A stretch of 64,000 nt of DNA. Origin: a bacterium. Lineage in GTDB: Bacteria; UBA8248. The notes beneath the pieces are model-generated. The model searched no databases and was not told the DNA's origin. It saw only the letters and a program-made list of their open reading frames with translations. Below, piece by piece: positions 10,035 through 19,235 of this stretch; the first letter of the stretch is position 1; the number at the start of each line of letters is the position of its first letter. The position numbers were made by a program, and so were the translations under genes. The stretch covers positions 96,001 to 160,000 of the forward strand of contig CBDBBI010000010.1 in the NCBI GenBank assembly GCA_965202625.1, read 5' to 3'.

Positions 10035-10847
10035 TTAAAATCCATAGTAGCGTGGGTAGCCTTGTTTTTCCCAGAATCCGCCCATGTCTTCGTTGGTGAA
10101 GAAGATGTAGCGGAGGAATTTCGCGCTTTTCCAGCCGACGTTCGTCGGCGAGGCGAGGCGGATGGGCGCGCCGTGGTTCATGCTCAGCGGCTCGCCGTTG
10201 TATTCGTAGGCCAGAACGTTTTGCGGGTGCATTGCCTGCTTGAGGTCGAACGTCACGCTGTAGCGCTCGTGTCCGTTCGCGGTAGCGAGCAGGTCGTCGC
10301 ACAAAAAGAATACGTAGCGGCTCTCGGGGCGGATTTTGTGCCTTTTGATGAAGGAGGCGAGATGCACCCCCCGCCAGTGGCAGATGGCGCTCCATCCCTC
10401 CACGCAGACGTGCTCCACCGTCTGCTCGAGGATGGGCATCTCCCGCAGCTGCGCCATCGTGTATTCCGTCGTCCAAAGCCTCTTCATCATCTTTTTGTTT
10501 TGCAGACGCGCCTCCCCCACGGTGAGGCGCCATTCCTCCGGAGGCGTCTGGATGAGCTGGGAGTTGGATGAGACCACAGAGCCGTTGGGGCGCATTTGCT
10601 CGGGCTGAACGGCGCTCCTCGGGTAGGTGCGCGCCAGACGGTGGTTGCTGTCCGCCATAAGACCCACCTTGTGGTTCAGGCGGTCGAACCAGTCGAGAAC
10701 CGCCTGCGCCCTAGGGTCTTCGTCCAAGCGGGAGCACCCGAGGGGGAAGAAGGAGGCGGCGGCGAGGAGGGTTTTGAGAAATCCGCGTCGAGAAGCCCCC
10801 GGCGCATTCTGGCCGAAGCGCGTTTTTTGCTTTTCGCTTTTTTTCAT
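10035..10847 (-). CDS. Tat-exported molybdopterin-dependent oxidoreductase (sulfite oxidase/MsrP-like)
   Basis: SRRGFLK twin-arginine signal with LGC; HVCVEGWS, HGAPIRL, GWKSAK, GFWEKQGY. Confidence 0.9.
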   Translation of the reverse strand: MKKSEKQKTRFGQNAPGASRRGFLKTLLAAASFFPLGCSRLDEDPRAQAVLDWFDRLNHKVGLMADSNHRLARTYPRSAVQPEQMRPNGSVVSSNSQLIQTPPEEWRLTVGEARLQNKKMMKRLWTTEYTMAQLREMPILEQTVEHVCVEGWSAICHWRGVHLASFIKRHKIRPESRYVFFLCDDLLATANGHERYSVTFDLKQAMHPQNVLAYEYNGEPLSMNHGAPIRLASPTNVGWKSAKFLRYIFFTNEDMGGFWEKQGYPRYYGF

Positions 10848-11143
10848 CTTCTCTCTCTCTCTCCTGCAGGGGTCGCGTCGCGTGGTCGCAATATCCTGAC
10901 GACGATAGGCGCCATTATCGGAATCGCCAGAAAGAGAGAGGCGGGAAACAGTATGCCGACCCAGCCCAGAAACCCGAACTCGAACCGCGTCACTCCGGCC
11001 ATCGCCCCGCTCAGGAAATACGCGGCGGCCAGTGCCAGAAGCGCGTTCGCGCAGACGACGCTCAAAATCAGCCTGCCCACGAAAAGCCTGCGCCTCGCCA
11101 GTCTCGTCGGAAGCGTAAAGCCCCCTCGCTCCTCCGCATCCAT
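10844..11143 (-). CDS. small two-TM membrane protein
   Basis: Two hydrophobic segments; ATGA overlap with the downstream molybdoenzyme gene. Confidence 0.6.
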   Translation of the reverse strand: MDAEERGGFTLPTRLARRRLFVGRLILSVVCANALLALAAAYFLSGAMAGVTRFEFGFLGWVGILFPASLFLAIPIMAPIVVRILRPRDATPAGERERR

Positions 11144-11147
11144 CGTC

Positions 11148-12137
11148 TCATCCCCGGACGCTTCGTTTCCATGAAAAACGCCCGACGCGCCCTCCCCGTA
11201 TAAGGCCCCATCGAATGAAGGCGTAGGCCAGCGCGCCGAACCACGCCCCCGAGGACTCCCCGCCGAGGAGCGCGTTCATCATATTCGCGATGAGACCCCC
11301 AAACCAAAAGGAGAACGCCAGAATCGCCCCCTCGGCGGCGACGCGGCCGAGACGCACCGCGAATTGTCTTTGTCTCGCTTGGAATACCTCGCGCTCCGCC
11401 TTTACGCCCACGATCATGGGCGCCAGCCCGCGACGCCAGCCGTGGATGAGCACCATGATCAAATGGCCGATAATGAAAAGGATGAAAAACGCCATGATGA
11501 GAAAGTGCAGAAATCGGCTCGGCTGATAACCTCCGAAAAGATAGGTCAGCCACTTGAACTGGACGGGCTTGAGAATGGCGAGGCCCGTGAGGAGGGAGAG
11601 AACGCCGGCCAGAATAACGGCGTTGTAGGCGAACTTCTGAAGGGGGTTGAATTTTCCCTCTACGGGGGAATGAGGGAAGGTTCGCACAGGATGGAGAAGT
11701 ATCTCCTTCGCGCCGGAGAAATCCGCCCGTGTGATTCGGTAGTGCCTTCCCTCCTCGGTGAGGAGGAGAGAGAGCAGAAAGATCAGGCCGTTGATGGTGT
11801 AGGGCCACATGAGAGCGAAATGCCAGCGCAGCGCACCCGCAAGCCATCCCCCGATGCCGAAGGCGTCCACCAGGCTTTTGACGAACTTTCTGTAGTCGGC
11901 TCCGAAATTGATGGCGCGCGCGTCGGCTTGAGCTTCCCCTGCTCTGAGCGATTCGAAGATGGTCTCCGGATTGGGTCGATCCGGCCCGAAGGCGGGGTAG
12001 GCCCACCATATCTGAATGCCGCTCGCCATCATCAAGAGCAGAAGGGGAACGTTCAACCAGTGGGTGATACGCAGCAGGGATGAGTAAGGGTAGGCGGGAG
12101 CGTCTGCAGATTGCGTCGTTTTTTCCATCTTGTTCAT
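11148..12137 (-). CDS. di-heme cytochrome b (Ni-hydrogenase b-type) membrane partner with C-terminal extra TMs
   Basis: RITHWLN, LRWHF, KFNPLQKFAY, LTGLA, RFLHF...GHL heme-ligand His pattern. Confidence 0.9.
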   Translation of the reverse strand: MNKMEKTTQSADAPAYPYSSLLRITHWLNVPLLLLMMASGIQIWWAYPAFGPDRPNPETIFESLRAGEAQADARAINFGADYRKFVKSLVDAFGIGGWLAGALRWHFALMWPYTINGLIFLLSLLLTEEGRHYRITRADFSGAKEILLHPVRTFPHSPVEGKFNPLQKFAYNAVILAGVLSLLTGLAILKPVQFKWLTYLFGGYQPSRFLHFLIMAFFILFIIGHLIMVLIHGWRRGLAPMIVGVKAEREVFQARQRQFAVRLGRVAAEGAILAFSFWFGGLIANMMNALLGGESSGAWFGALAYAFIRWGLIRGGRVGRFSWKRSVRG

Positions 12138-12655
12138 TCGGCGAGTAGCTGCGCGATCATCGCTTCGGTGCGCGCGTGGTTGCCCTCGCCAATCGTCCTG
12201 AACCGCACTATCCCCTTCTTGTCGATGAGATACTTTGTCGGCCAGTAGCGGTTGTGATAGGCGTTCCAGTTGATGAAGTCGTTGTCCATCACGACCGAGT
12301 ATGCGATGCGGAGCTTGGCCATGGCCTCCTCAACGTTCTCCTTGCTCTTCTCGAAGCCGAACTCGGGCGCGTGGTTTCCGATGACGACCAGTCCCTGGTC
12401 CTTGTAGCGCTCGTGCCACGAACGCAGCGTGGGGATCTCCCGCACGCAGTTGATTCAGCCGAAAGTCCACATGTCGAGGAGCACCACCTTGCCGCGCAAC
12501 CCGGCGAGTTTGAGAGGTGCACCGCCCAGCCACGGTCCGCCTCTCAGCTCGGGCGCTCGCGCGCCGGGCGCAAGTCCTGCTGCACCCGCCTGGTAGAACG
12601 TCCAGAACATGGCGAGAGATACGATGGCGATGACGAAAGGGAGGGTTCGCTTCAT
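12134..12655 (-). CDS. exported TlpA/DipZ-like redoxin, probable selenoprotein (UxxC), 173 aa
   Basis: ORFs 12455-12655 and 12134-12445 are in frame, joined by one TGA (12455-12457): GKVVLLDMWTFG-TGA-INCVREIP, then HAPEF and YWPTKY (cis-Pro). Confidence 0.9.
12427..12447 (-). promoter_or_regulatory. putative SECIS hairpin of redoxin gene
   Basis: GCGUG-C-GGG-AGAU-CCC-CACGC, +8 to +28 after the UGA. Confidence 0.6.
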
Positions 12656-12764
12656 TATGGCCTCCAGGCAACAAAAGAGCTACACATATGCTAATCCTAA
12701 ACGAACGATTGAGCGGATGCAAATACTTCTATACGATGGTTTCATATGTAGCAGGATCGCACGG

Positions 12765-12780
12765 TTTCAGTGATCTGAAA
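12765..12780. promoter_or_regulatory. palindromic putative operator TTTCAG-N4-CTGAAA
   Basis: Perfect 6-4-6 inverted repeat in the AT-rich divergent intergenic region. Confidence 0.4.
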
Positions 12781-12812
12781 ATTAAAATTTCTGTAAAATT
12801 TCGTTCATTGAG

Positions 12813-13169
12813 ATGGAGGGGAATGTGAAACATTACCACTTTGAAGAGATGGCGCCCCACGATACCGGAGAGAGGATTCAGCGCGTGGTGGCGGGGGCGA
12901 ATCTGACCGTGTTGCGCCAGACGATTCGCGCGGGCGTGGACATCTACAATCCCCATTCGCATCCGAACGAGCAGATGACGATCGTTCTCGATGGAAAGGC
13001 GAGGTTCGCGTGCGGTGGTCGGGAGGTCGTGCTCGGGCCGGGCGGCGTGGTGGTCTTTCCGCCGAATGCGGAGCATTCCACCCGAAACGCGGGTGATGGG
13101 GATCTCGTCCTGGAGGAGATTTTTACGCCGGGCGTCAAGAGGCTGAATCGTCTCGCATCAAAGGGATAA
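12813..13169 (+). CDS. cupin domain protein
   Basis: PHSHPNEQ...G......G....PPNAEHS. Confidence 0.9.
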   Translation: MEGNVKHYHFEEMAPHDTGERIQRVVAGANLTVLRQTIRAGVDIYNPHSHPNEQMTIVLDGKARFACGGREVVLGPGGVVVFPPNAEHSTRNAGDGDLVLEEIFTPGVKRLNRLASKG

Positions 13170-13273
13170 GGGGGAGCGACCGGGTCCCTCGGAGAAGGGC
13201 GTGCGTTGTCCGGCCCTGGCGCGTCATCCCCGCTGTTTCGCCACGCTGAAACGCCAGGGGATTGGAGAGCGGC

Positions 13274-14059
13274 ATGAGCCGTCTGACGATTACAGGACTC
13301 AGAAAGGATTTTGACGACGTCAGGGCGGTCGATAACCTCTCCCTCACTTTGGAGGATGGGGAATTCATGGTGCTCGTCGGGCCTACCGGCTGCGGAAAAT
13401 CCACCCTCCTTCGCCTGATCGCCGGATTGGAGGATGAGGATGGGGGCCACATCTACCTTGGTGGCGCCCGTTTGAACGGCGTGCCCCCTGGCCGACGCGG
13501 GGTGCAACTGGTGTTCCAGAACTACGCCCTTTGGCCGCACATGCGGGTTTTTGACGAGAAGAGATACTCCAACCTGGGCTTCGCCCTCAAAATTCGCCGT
13601 TGGCTGCCGGGGATCCTGAACGAGCGCGCCCAAGACTTGATGCGGCGTCTGGGAATCACTAAAACCTGGTCCGGCAGGCATCCGCATCGGCTCAGTTCGG
13701 GCCAGCAGCAAAAAGTGGCGATTGGCCGCGCGATCGCCATCCCCCCGCGTGTCTTTCTCCTTGATGAACCTTTGGCGAACATCGATCCCGTCGCAAGACT
13801 CGAAGTCCGAAAAGAACTAAGGAGGACGCACGAGGAGATCGGTGCCATGAGCCTGTTGGTGACGCACGATTTGTCCGATGCATTTCAGATCGCCGACAGA
13901 ATCGCCGTGATGCGCGACGGGACGATCCTCCAGGTCGATACGCCGGAGAATCTCATCCGCCATCCGGTGGACGGGTTCGTCAAGGGGTTTCTCGCCAGTG
14001 TGCATCATGAAAGGCTGCTGCAAGAGTTTCGGACGAGACGCAGGGCAAGGGGGGCGTAA
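13274..14059 (+). CDS. ABC transporter ATP-binding protein (MalK-like, no TOBE domain)
   Basis: GPTGCGKS, VFQNYAL, LSSGQQQ, LLDEP, VTHD. Confidence 0.9.
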   Translation: MSRLTITGLRKDFDDVRAVDNLSLTLEDGEFMVLVGPTGCGKSTLLRLIAGLEDEDGGHIYLGGARLNGVPPGRRGVQLVFQNYALWPHMRVFDEKRYSNLGFALKIRRWLPGILNERAQDLMRRLGITKTWSGRHPHRLSSGQQQKVAIGRAIAIPPRVFLLDEPLANIDPVARLEVRKELRRTHEEIGAMSLLVTHDLSDAFQIADRIAVMRDGTILQVDTPENLIRHPVDGFVKGFLASVHHERLLQEFRTRRRARGA

Positions 14060-14155
14060 TTCGGTTTCGATGACGCGTTGTGCCCAAGGCGGAGTCTGTA
14101 CCCCGCATGGCCTCTACGCTGCGGCCGGGCATGAGAACTCTGGGCGTCCGCCGAT

Positions 14156-14989
14156 TCATTCCGCCTCGGGGTTTTTTAGGAAATCCCGCCATGCCCTCCA
14201 GTAAGGAGCGCCTCCTTCGAGGTAGGTATCGTTGTGGCCCGCCCCCTTAATGGTGAAAAAACGTTTGTGGCGCGCGCGCGCCGCCTCATAGAGCCGCATC
14301 CCCTGGGCGTGAGGAACGATGTAGTCCCTGTCGCCGTGCAGAATCAGCACGGGCACCTCCACTTTTGGAATCATGGAGGAGGCGTCGAACTTTGGGGAGA
14401 ATAGCCACCCGACAGGCAGGAAAGGAAACATCTTCTTGCCCATGACGACGGTGTTCTCAAACGGACTCTCCAGAATGAGGCCCCGCGTCCTCCTGCCCTC
14501 CGCGGCGAGCTTCACGGCCACCGCCGCCCCGATAGAGCGTCCGAAAAGAAAAACGTGCTCGGGCGCAGCGCGCTCCGAGAGCCAGTCGTAGGCGGCCCTC
14601 CCGTCGGCGTAGAGACCTTCCTCACTCGGTCGTCCCTCGCTTTTTCCAAAGCCCCTGTAGTCGAAGATGAACACGCCGGCGCCGAGTTCCTCCTGAATGC
14701 GCGCAATGTTCTCTGCGCGGTGGGAGAGGTTGCCGGCGTTGCCGTGCGCCCATAGGAGGACAGGGCCGTCGGCCTCTTTGGGCGGGACGCGCCAGCCGTG
14801 AAGCCGCACGCCGTCGCTGGCCCTGAAATGAACGTCTTCGTAATCGACGCCATAGGTTTTAGGCGTCTGTTCGATTTTCCGGTACGGATGATAGAGGAGA
14901 ATACGTTCGAGAGAACCGAGAATTCCCATCCCTATCAGCGCGGCGAGAGCGAGGAGCGCATAGCGATGTAATTTCTGAGAGCGTCGCAA
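14156..14989 (-). CDS. alpha/beta hydrolase (BEM46/ABHD13-like) with N-terminal TM
   Basis: HGNAGN, DYRGFG.SEG.PSE, GRSIG, HGDRD, GAGHND. Confidence 0.9.
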   Translation of the reverse strand: MRRSQKLHRYALLALAALIGMGILGSLERILLYHPYRKIEQTPKTYGVDYEDVHFRASDGVRLHGWRVPPKEADGPVLLWAHGNAGNLSHRAENIARIQEELGAGVFIFDYRGFGKSEGRPSEEGLYADGRAAYDWLSERAAPEHVFLFGRSIGAAVAVKLAAEGRRTRGLILESPFENTVVMGKKMFPFLPVGWLFSPKFDASSMIPKVEVPVLILHGDRDYIVPHAQGMRLYEAARARHKRFFTIKGAGHNDTYLEGGAPYWRAWRDFLKNPEAE

Positions 14990-14999
14990 CGGCTCGTTC

Positions 15000-15416
15000 T
15001 CATCGGGTCGCGCCCATCAAAGCGCGATGAGCGACCTTTATGCAAAGGTCCTGAATCGTGGGGATGCCCGCATCCTCCAGTCGGCGGGCGGACTCAGAAT
15101 GTGCGATGCCCTCTTGCATCCAGAACGCGCTTGGGCGTTTTTTGAGAGCCGCATCCGCCAGAGGGGGTATTTTTTCGGGACGTCTGAATACGTTGACGAT
15201 GTCGATGTGCTCTTCGACGTCGTCTAGGTGCGGATAGGCCCTTTCCCCCAAGGCGGATATAATCTGGGGGTTCACCGGAATGATGCGGTAGCCCGCCTTC
15301 TGGAGGTAGGCCGCGATTTTTCGACTCACTCGCGTGGGGTCGTCCGAGAGGCCGACTACGGCGATGGTTTTCGCCGCCGAAAGAATGTTTGCGACCGCTT
15401 GATTCTCAAGGCGCAC
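15000..15416 (-). CDS. CoA-binding protein (YccU-like)
   Basis: TIAVVGLS, IPVNP, IDIVNVFRR, WMQEGI, DLCIK; GTG start at 15416 assumed. Confidence 0.85.
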   Translation of the reverse strand: MRLENQAVANILSAAKTIAVVGLSDDPTRVSRKIAAYLQKAGYRIIPVNPQIISALGERAYPHLDDVEEHIDIVNVFRRPEKIPPLADAALKKRPSAFWMQEGIAHSESARRLEDAGIPTIQDLCIKVAHRALMGATR

Positions 15417-15659
15417 TCGGGAGTTTCTCCTCCATTCATTTTCCACGATGATACTATACCTTTTGTCAGGAGATTGCGCGCGTGGAGGCGACGATAAGAC
15501 GCCGGCGCGCAAGGGGGTGCTTCCTTCAAATCCGCCGCTGACGCGCTTTCCCGTTGTGCATGGCCTGCATGATAGACGGGGACTGGAGAGAAAATCTCAG
15601 GTTTGTTATTCTTATTTCCTAATGCGTCTTTTCTGTTGTTTTCCAAAGAGGGAAGCGTG

Positions 15660-16349
15660 ATGGCGAACGCGCCGGTTGTCGAGGTTTTTCATGAATACCA
15701 TTGACCCTGGGCCTACATGGCCGCGTCGCGGCTGGACAGGGTGATGCCGCAGTTCGAGGGGAAGTTGTGCCTGAGGTGGCGCGCGTTTCCATTGGAGATC
15801 ATCAACGACCGCGCGGCGCCTCGGCATATTGTGGATCAGGAGTGGCCTCTGGTGGCGGTTCAGGAGCCGCTCGCTCCATGCAGAGGCTGGCCGCCGCACG
15901 AGGCGTATCTGCGCACTACGATGCTCGCCTTTCAAGCCTATGCCAGTGCTTACGCCCGCGTGCCCGAGAAGTCGCGCGCCTACGACTTGAGGCTCAGACG
16001 CGGCTTTTTCTACGAGGGCAGGCGGGTGGATGAGATTTCCGTTCTCGCACAAATCGCCGAGGAATCGGGACTCGACGCCTCAAAGGTGCGCGCGGACCTC
16101 GAATCTGGTGCGTATGAGGAAGCCGTGATGGGCGACTACGAGGAGGCCATGCGCCTGCGGGATGAGGAGGACCTGCCGATGACCAGCCCCACCCTGATCC
16201 TCCCGAGTGGAGAGGCCGTTTACAATCCCTACGCTTCCGAGAAGACTATAGAGGACGGAAAACTGATGGAAGTCCACGCCCCGTCCGCTTGCGGGGAGGC
16301 GGTTTATGCGGGATTTCGGGATATCTTGTCGAGGGCGCTTGAGGGTTGA
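15660..16349 (+). CDS. DsbA/FrnE-like thioredoxin-fold protein, probable selenoprotein (UPWA), 229 aa
   Basis: MANAPVVEVFHEYH-TGA(15702-15704)-PWAYMAA in frame with ORF 15717-16349; TSPTLI cis-Pro loop. Confidence 0.85.
15705..15741 (+). promoter_or_regulatory. putative SECIS hairpin
   Basis: Upper stem GCCGC-GUC-GCGGC (15720-15732); lower stem CCCUG/CAGGG (15705-15709/15737-15741). Confidence 0.7.
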
Positions 16350-16610
16350 AAGGGAGGGGATGATGTGAGAACGAAAGGCGATGCGGCGCGGGAGCGCGCG
16401 AGGGACGTTAACGTTTCTGTGCAAACGGACGCACGTCAGAAACCGTAAAGCATAAGTTTGGCGCGTATCACGTAATTCGCTTCAGGTCGTTTGCGTTCAG
16501 GAACGCTTCGACGAGCGAGAATGCAGCGGCGTCTGTGGGAAACGCTCCGCGCTTAAATATCCGTGTCCTCCTAGGCGGAGGTTTCGTCGCCCCGGTGCTC
16601 TCTTGTTGCC

Positions 16611-17012
16611 TCAGTTGAGAGGATACATCCGTGTGACGCTCAGCCTAGCGAGGAGCCGTCCTTCATCCTGCATGGCGCGCAAGTATTCGACACGGTCGTC
16701 GGGTTCTTTTCCGGTGATGCGCTGATACAGGTCGAGGTTCTTGAGGCCGTCGGTGTCTTCAACGAGCGCGACTTCACCTTCCGCACACAGATAGGGATAG
16801 AAGCTCTCCTGCGGTAACACGCAAAGCGTGGCTCTTGTATCTCGTTGGAGATTCTTCGTTTTCACGCGATTCCATGTCAGCGAGAATTCCACGACCCCCG
16901 CCCGGTGATCGAACACGATCGGCGTGGGGTGGGGTCTGCTGTCCCTGAGTAGGGTGGTGAGGACGCCGTGGTGCTGCGCGTCCAGAAAGGACAAAGCTTC
17001 GTCGCGCGTCAT
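16611..17012 (-). CDS. PPOX-class / pyridoxamine 5'-phosphate oxidase-like split-barrel protein
   Basis: GVLTTLLRDSRPH, KTKNLQRDTR, EG...RLL pattern. Confidence 0.8.
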   Translation of the reverse strand: MTRDEALSFLDAQHHGVLTTLLRDSRPHPTPIVFDHRAGVVEFSLTWNRVKTKNLQRDTRATLCVLPQESFYPYLCAEGEVALVEDTDGLKNLDLYQRITGKEPDDRVEYLRAMQDEGRLLARLSVTRMYPLN

Positions 17013-17179
17013 GGGGCTTCTCCTTCATGTGTTGTGAATGGCGCATTCGGATCCATAGCGTCATGCATCACGTCCTCGGGCGCGGCGGAGACGCCCGCTT
17101 TTGCTGACGCGTCAGAATACCCTATTATGGGTTTTGAGGGAGAGCGGATCATCGAACCAGTGGAGACGGGAGTTCGAAC

Positions 17180-17869
17180 GTGGATGGGAGAAGGGTTGCG
17201 GTCGTCCTTCTGAGCGGCGGCATGGATTCCGCCGTTGTTCTGGCGATGGCGAATCGGAAGGGATTCGCCTGCCAGGCGCTGAGCTTCGACTACGGACAAA
17301 GACATCGGCGCGAGCTCCTGGCGGCGAAGAACGTTGCAAAACAGGTCGGCGCGTTCGGGCACACCATATTGCCCATCGACATGCGCGCCATCGGTGGAAG
17401 CGCGCTCACCGACGACATCGAGGTGCCTAGAGAACGCGAGGACATCGGGGATGGGGTGCCTGTCACGTATGTCCCCGCGCGGAACACCATTTTTCTGAGC
17501 TACGCCCTTGCCCTCGCCGAGGTGAAGGGGGCGCGCGATATTTTTATCGGGGTGAACGCGCTCGATTATTCCGGATATCCGGATTGTCGCCCCGAATATA
17601 TTGAAGCCTACATGCGCATGGCGCGTCTGGCCACGAAGGCGGGCGTCGAAGGCGCGCCTCTCCAGGTGCGGGCGCCTTTGAGCGCGATGCGCAAATCCGA
17701 CATCGTGAGGAGGGGACGTGAGCTGGGGGTGGATTTTTCGCTCACCCATACCTGTTATGACCCAATGGATGCGGGGCGGCCTTGCGGCGCATGCGACGCC
17801 TGCATTCTGCGGCGCAGGGGGTTCGAGGAAGTCGGCGAGTGCGATCCGCTTCCCTATCCTGACGTCTGA
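17180..17869 (+). CDS. queC: 7-cyano-7-deazaguanine synthase
   Basis: [40 protein letters not shown]. Confidence 0.97.
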   Translation: MDGRRVAVVLLSGGMDSAVVLAMANRKGFACQALSFDYGQRHRRELLAAKNVAKQVGAFGHTILPIDMRAIGGSALTDDIEVPREREDIGDGVPVTYVPARNTIFLSYALALAEVKGARDIFIGVNALDYSGYPDCRPEYIEAYMRMARLATKAGVEGAPLQVRAPLSAMRKSDIVRRGRELGVDFSLTHTCYDPMDAGRPCGACDACILRRRGFEEVGECDPLPYPDV

Positions 17870-17994
17870 CGCGCGCGAAGCGGATCTTGGGAATGGCGGG
17901 GAACGGATGTTGACACTATAAGGGTGAGAGGATACCCAGAAAAGACCCTATCGGCAGTGGCGAAGAATTGGTCGCCCCATAATTTGGAGGAGAC

Positions 17995-19179
17995 ATGCAA
18001 TACCCATTCACCGAGGAACAACTCGCGCTGGCTGATCTGACGCGGGATTTCATGGATAGTGAGGTCGCGCCCCTCGCCGTGGAGATAGACAGACGGCCCG
18101 ATCCGAAGGATTGCTATCCGGGCGAGCTGCTCAACAAGGCGTCGAAACTCGGTCTGCGCACCATGGCGGTTCCGGAGGAGCACGGCGGCATCGGAGCCGA
18201 TACGATCACGAAAGCCCTTTGCCTCTGGACAGGAGCGCAGATTGAAATCGGCGTGATCAAGTGCCTGAGCCAGTGTTGGAAGATGTCGAACGCGCTCTTC
18301 AAATGTGGCACGGCGGCGCAGATCGAAAAATGGGGAAAGATGTTCGTGGAGGATCATGATTGCGTGGGCTCGTTCGTGATGACGGAGCCGGATTATGGTG
18401 CAGACAATCTCTACCGCCAGCCCGACCCTAGGCTGGGGCTTAAAACCTCGGCGGTCGAAGATGGCGACCACTACGTCATCAACGGGGCGAAGCGCTTCAC
18501 CTCGCTCACGGGCTGGGCGCAGATTTTGCTCGTCTTCGCCCGGACGGACCCCGATGCCCCGGTACATGAAGGAACCACCTGCTTTCTCGTGCGCGGAGAT
18601 CAGGAGGGCGTGACCTACGGCAACGTCCATGACAAGCTCGGCTACCGGCTCTATCCTAACGCCGAGAGCTATTACGACAACGTTCGCGTTCATAAAGACG
18701 ACATCTTGGGCGAGGTGAACAGGGGATTTTATACGTTCGCGACGGTGTTTCGGGGCAGTGCCGAGCTGCCGGCCTGCAACACGGGCATCGCCCGCGGAAT
18801 CTACAATTTCTGCCTCCAGCACGCGAAGGAGCGCGTCCAGGGGGGCAAGCCCATCATCGAGCACCAGGTGATACAGCATCAGCTCGCTGAGATGCTGATG
18901 AACATTGAGGTGGCCGAGCAGTTCATGTGGCGCATCTGCTGGGGCGTGGAGAACGATAAGAGCTTCAACACGCGTTTCACCAGATATGGGAAGGTGTTCA
19001 GCGATCAGGTGGCGCTCAAGACGATTGGCTTTGCCACTGATATTCTCGGCGGCATCGGCATCATGAAGGAGACGCCTACGGAGAAGATGATGCGCGACCT
19101 CATCACCTTCCTGCACGGAGACGGAACGGACTCAATGACCCTTCTACGCGCCGCCCAGACGCTCGACAAACCCGCCTAG
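17995..19179 (+). CDS. acyl-CoA dehydrogenase family protein
   Basis: MTEPDYGAD, INGAKRFTS, DKLG, RVQGGKPI, ILGGIG. Confidence 0.9.
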   Translation: MQYPFTEEQLALADLTRDFMDSEVAPLAVEIDRRPDPKDCYPGELLNKASKLGLRTMAVPEEHGGIGADTITKALCLWTGAQIEIGVIKCLSQCWKMSNALFKCGTAAQIEKWGKMFVEDHDCVGSFVMTEPDYGADNLYRQPDPRLGLKTSAVEDGDHYVINGAKRFTSLTGWAQILLVFARTDPDAPVHEGTTCFLVRGDQEGVTYGNVHDKLGYRLYPNAESYYDNVRVHKDDILGEVNRGFYTFATVFRGSAELPACNTGIARGIYNFCLQHAKERVQGGKPIIEHQVIQHQLAEMLMNIEVAEQFMWRICWGVENDKSFNTRFTRYGKVFSDQVALKTIGFATDILGGIGIMKETPTEKMMRDLITFLHGDGTDSMTLLRAAQTLDKPA

Positions 19180-19235
19180 GAGGGTTGGTTGACGAGTGGG
19201 GCACGCCGCCGCCCGCCCGTTCGGGAGGAAAGACG

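Noticed and set aside
9822-10571. 249-aa plus-strand ORF starting MAPAVGFEPTT
   Set aside because: Antisense translation of tRNA-Asn and the molybdoenzyme gene.
17013-17179. preQ1 riboswitch or tRNA fragment upstream of queC
   Set aside because: No preQ1 stem with A-rich tail; GGAGTTCGAAC has no surrounding cloverleaf.
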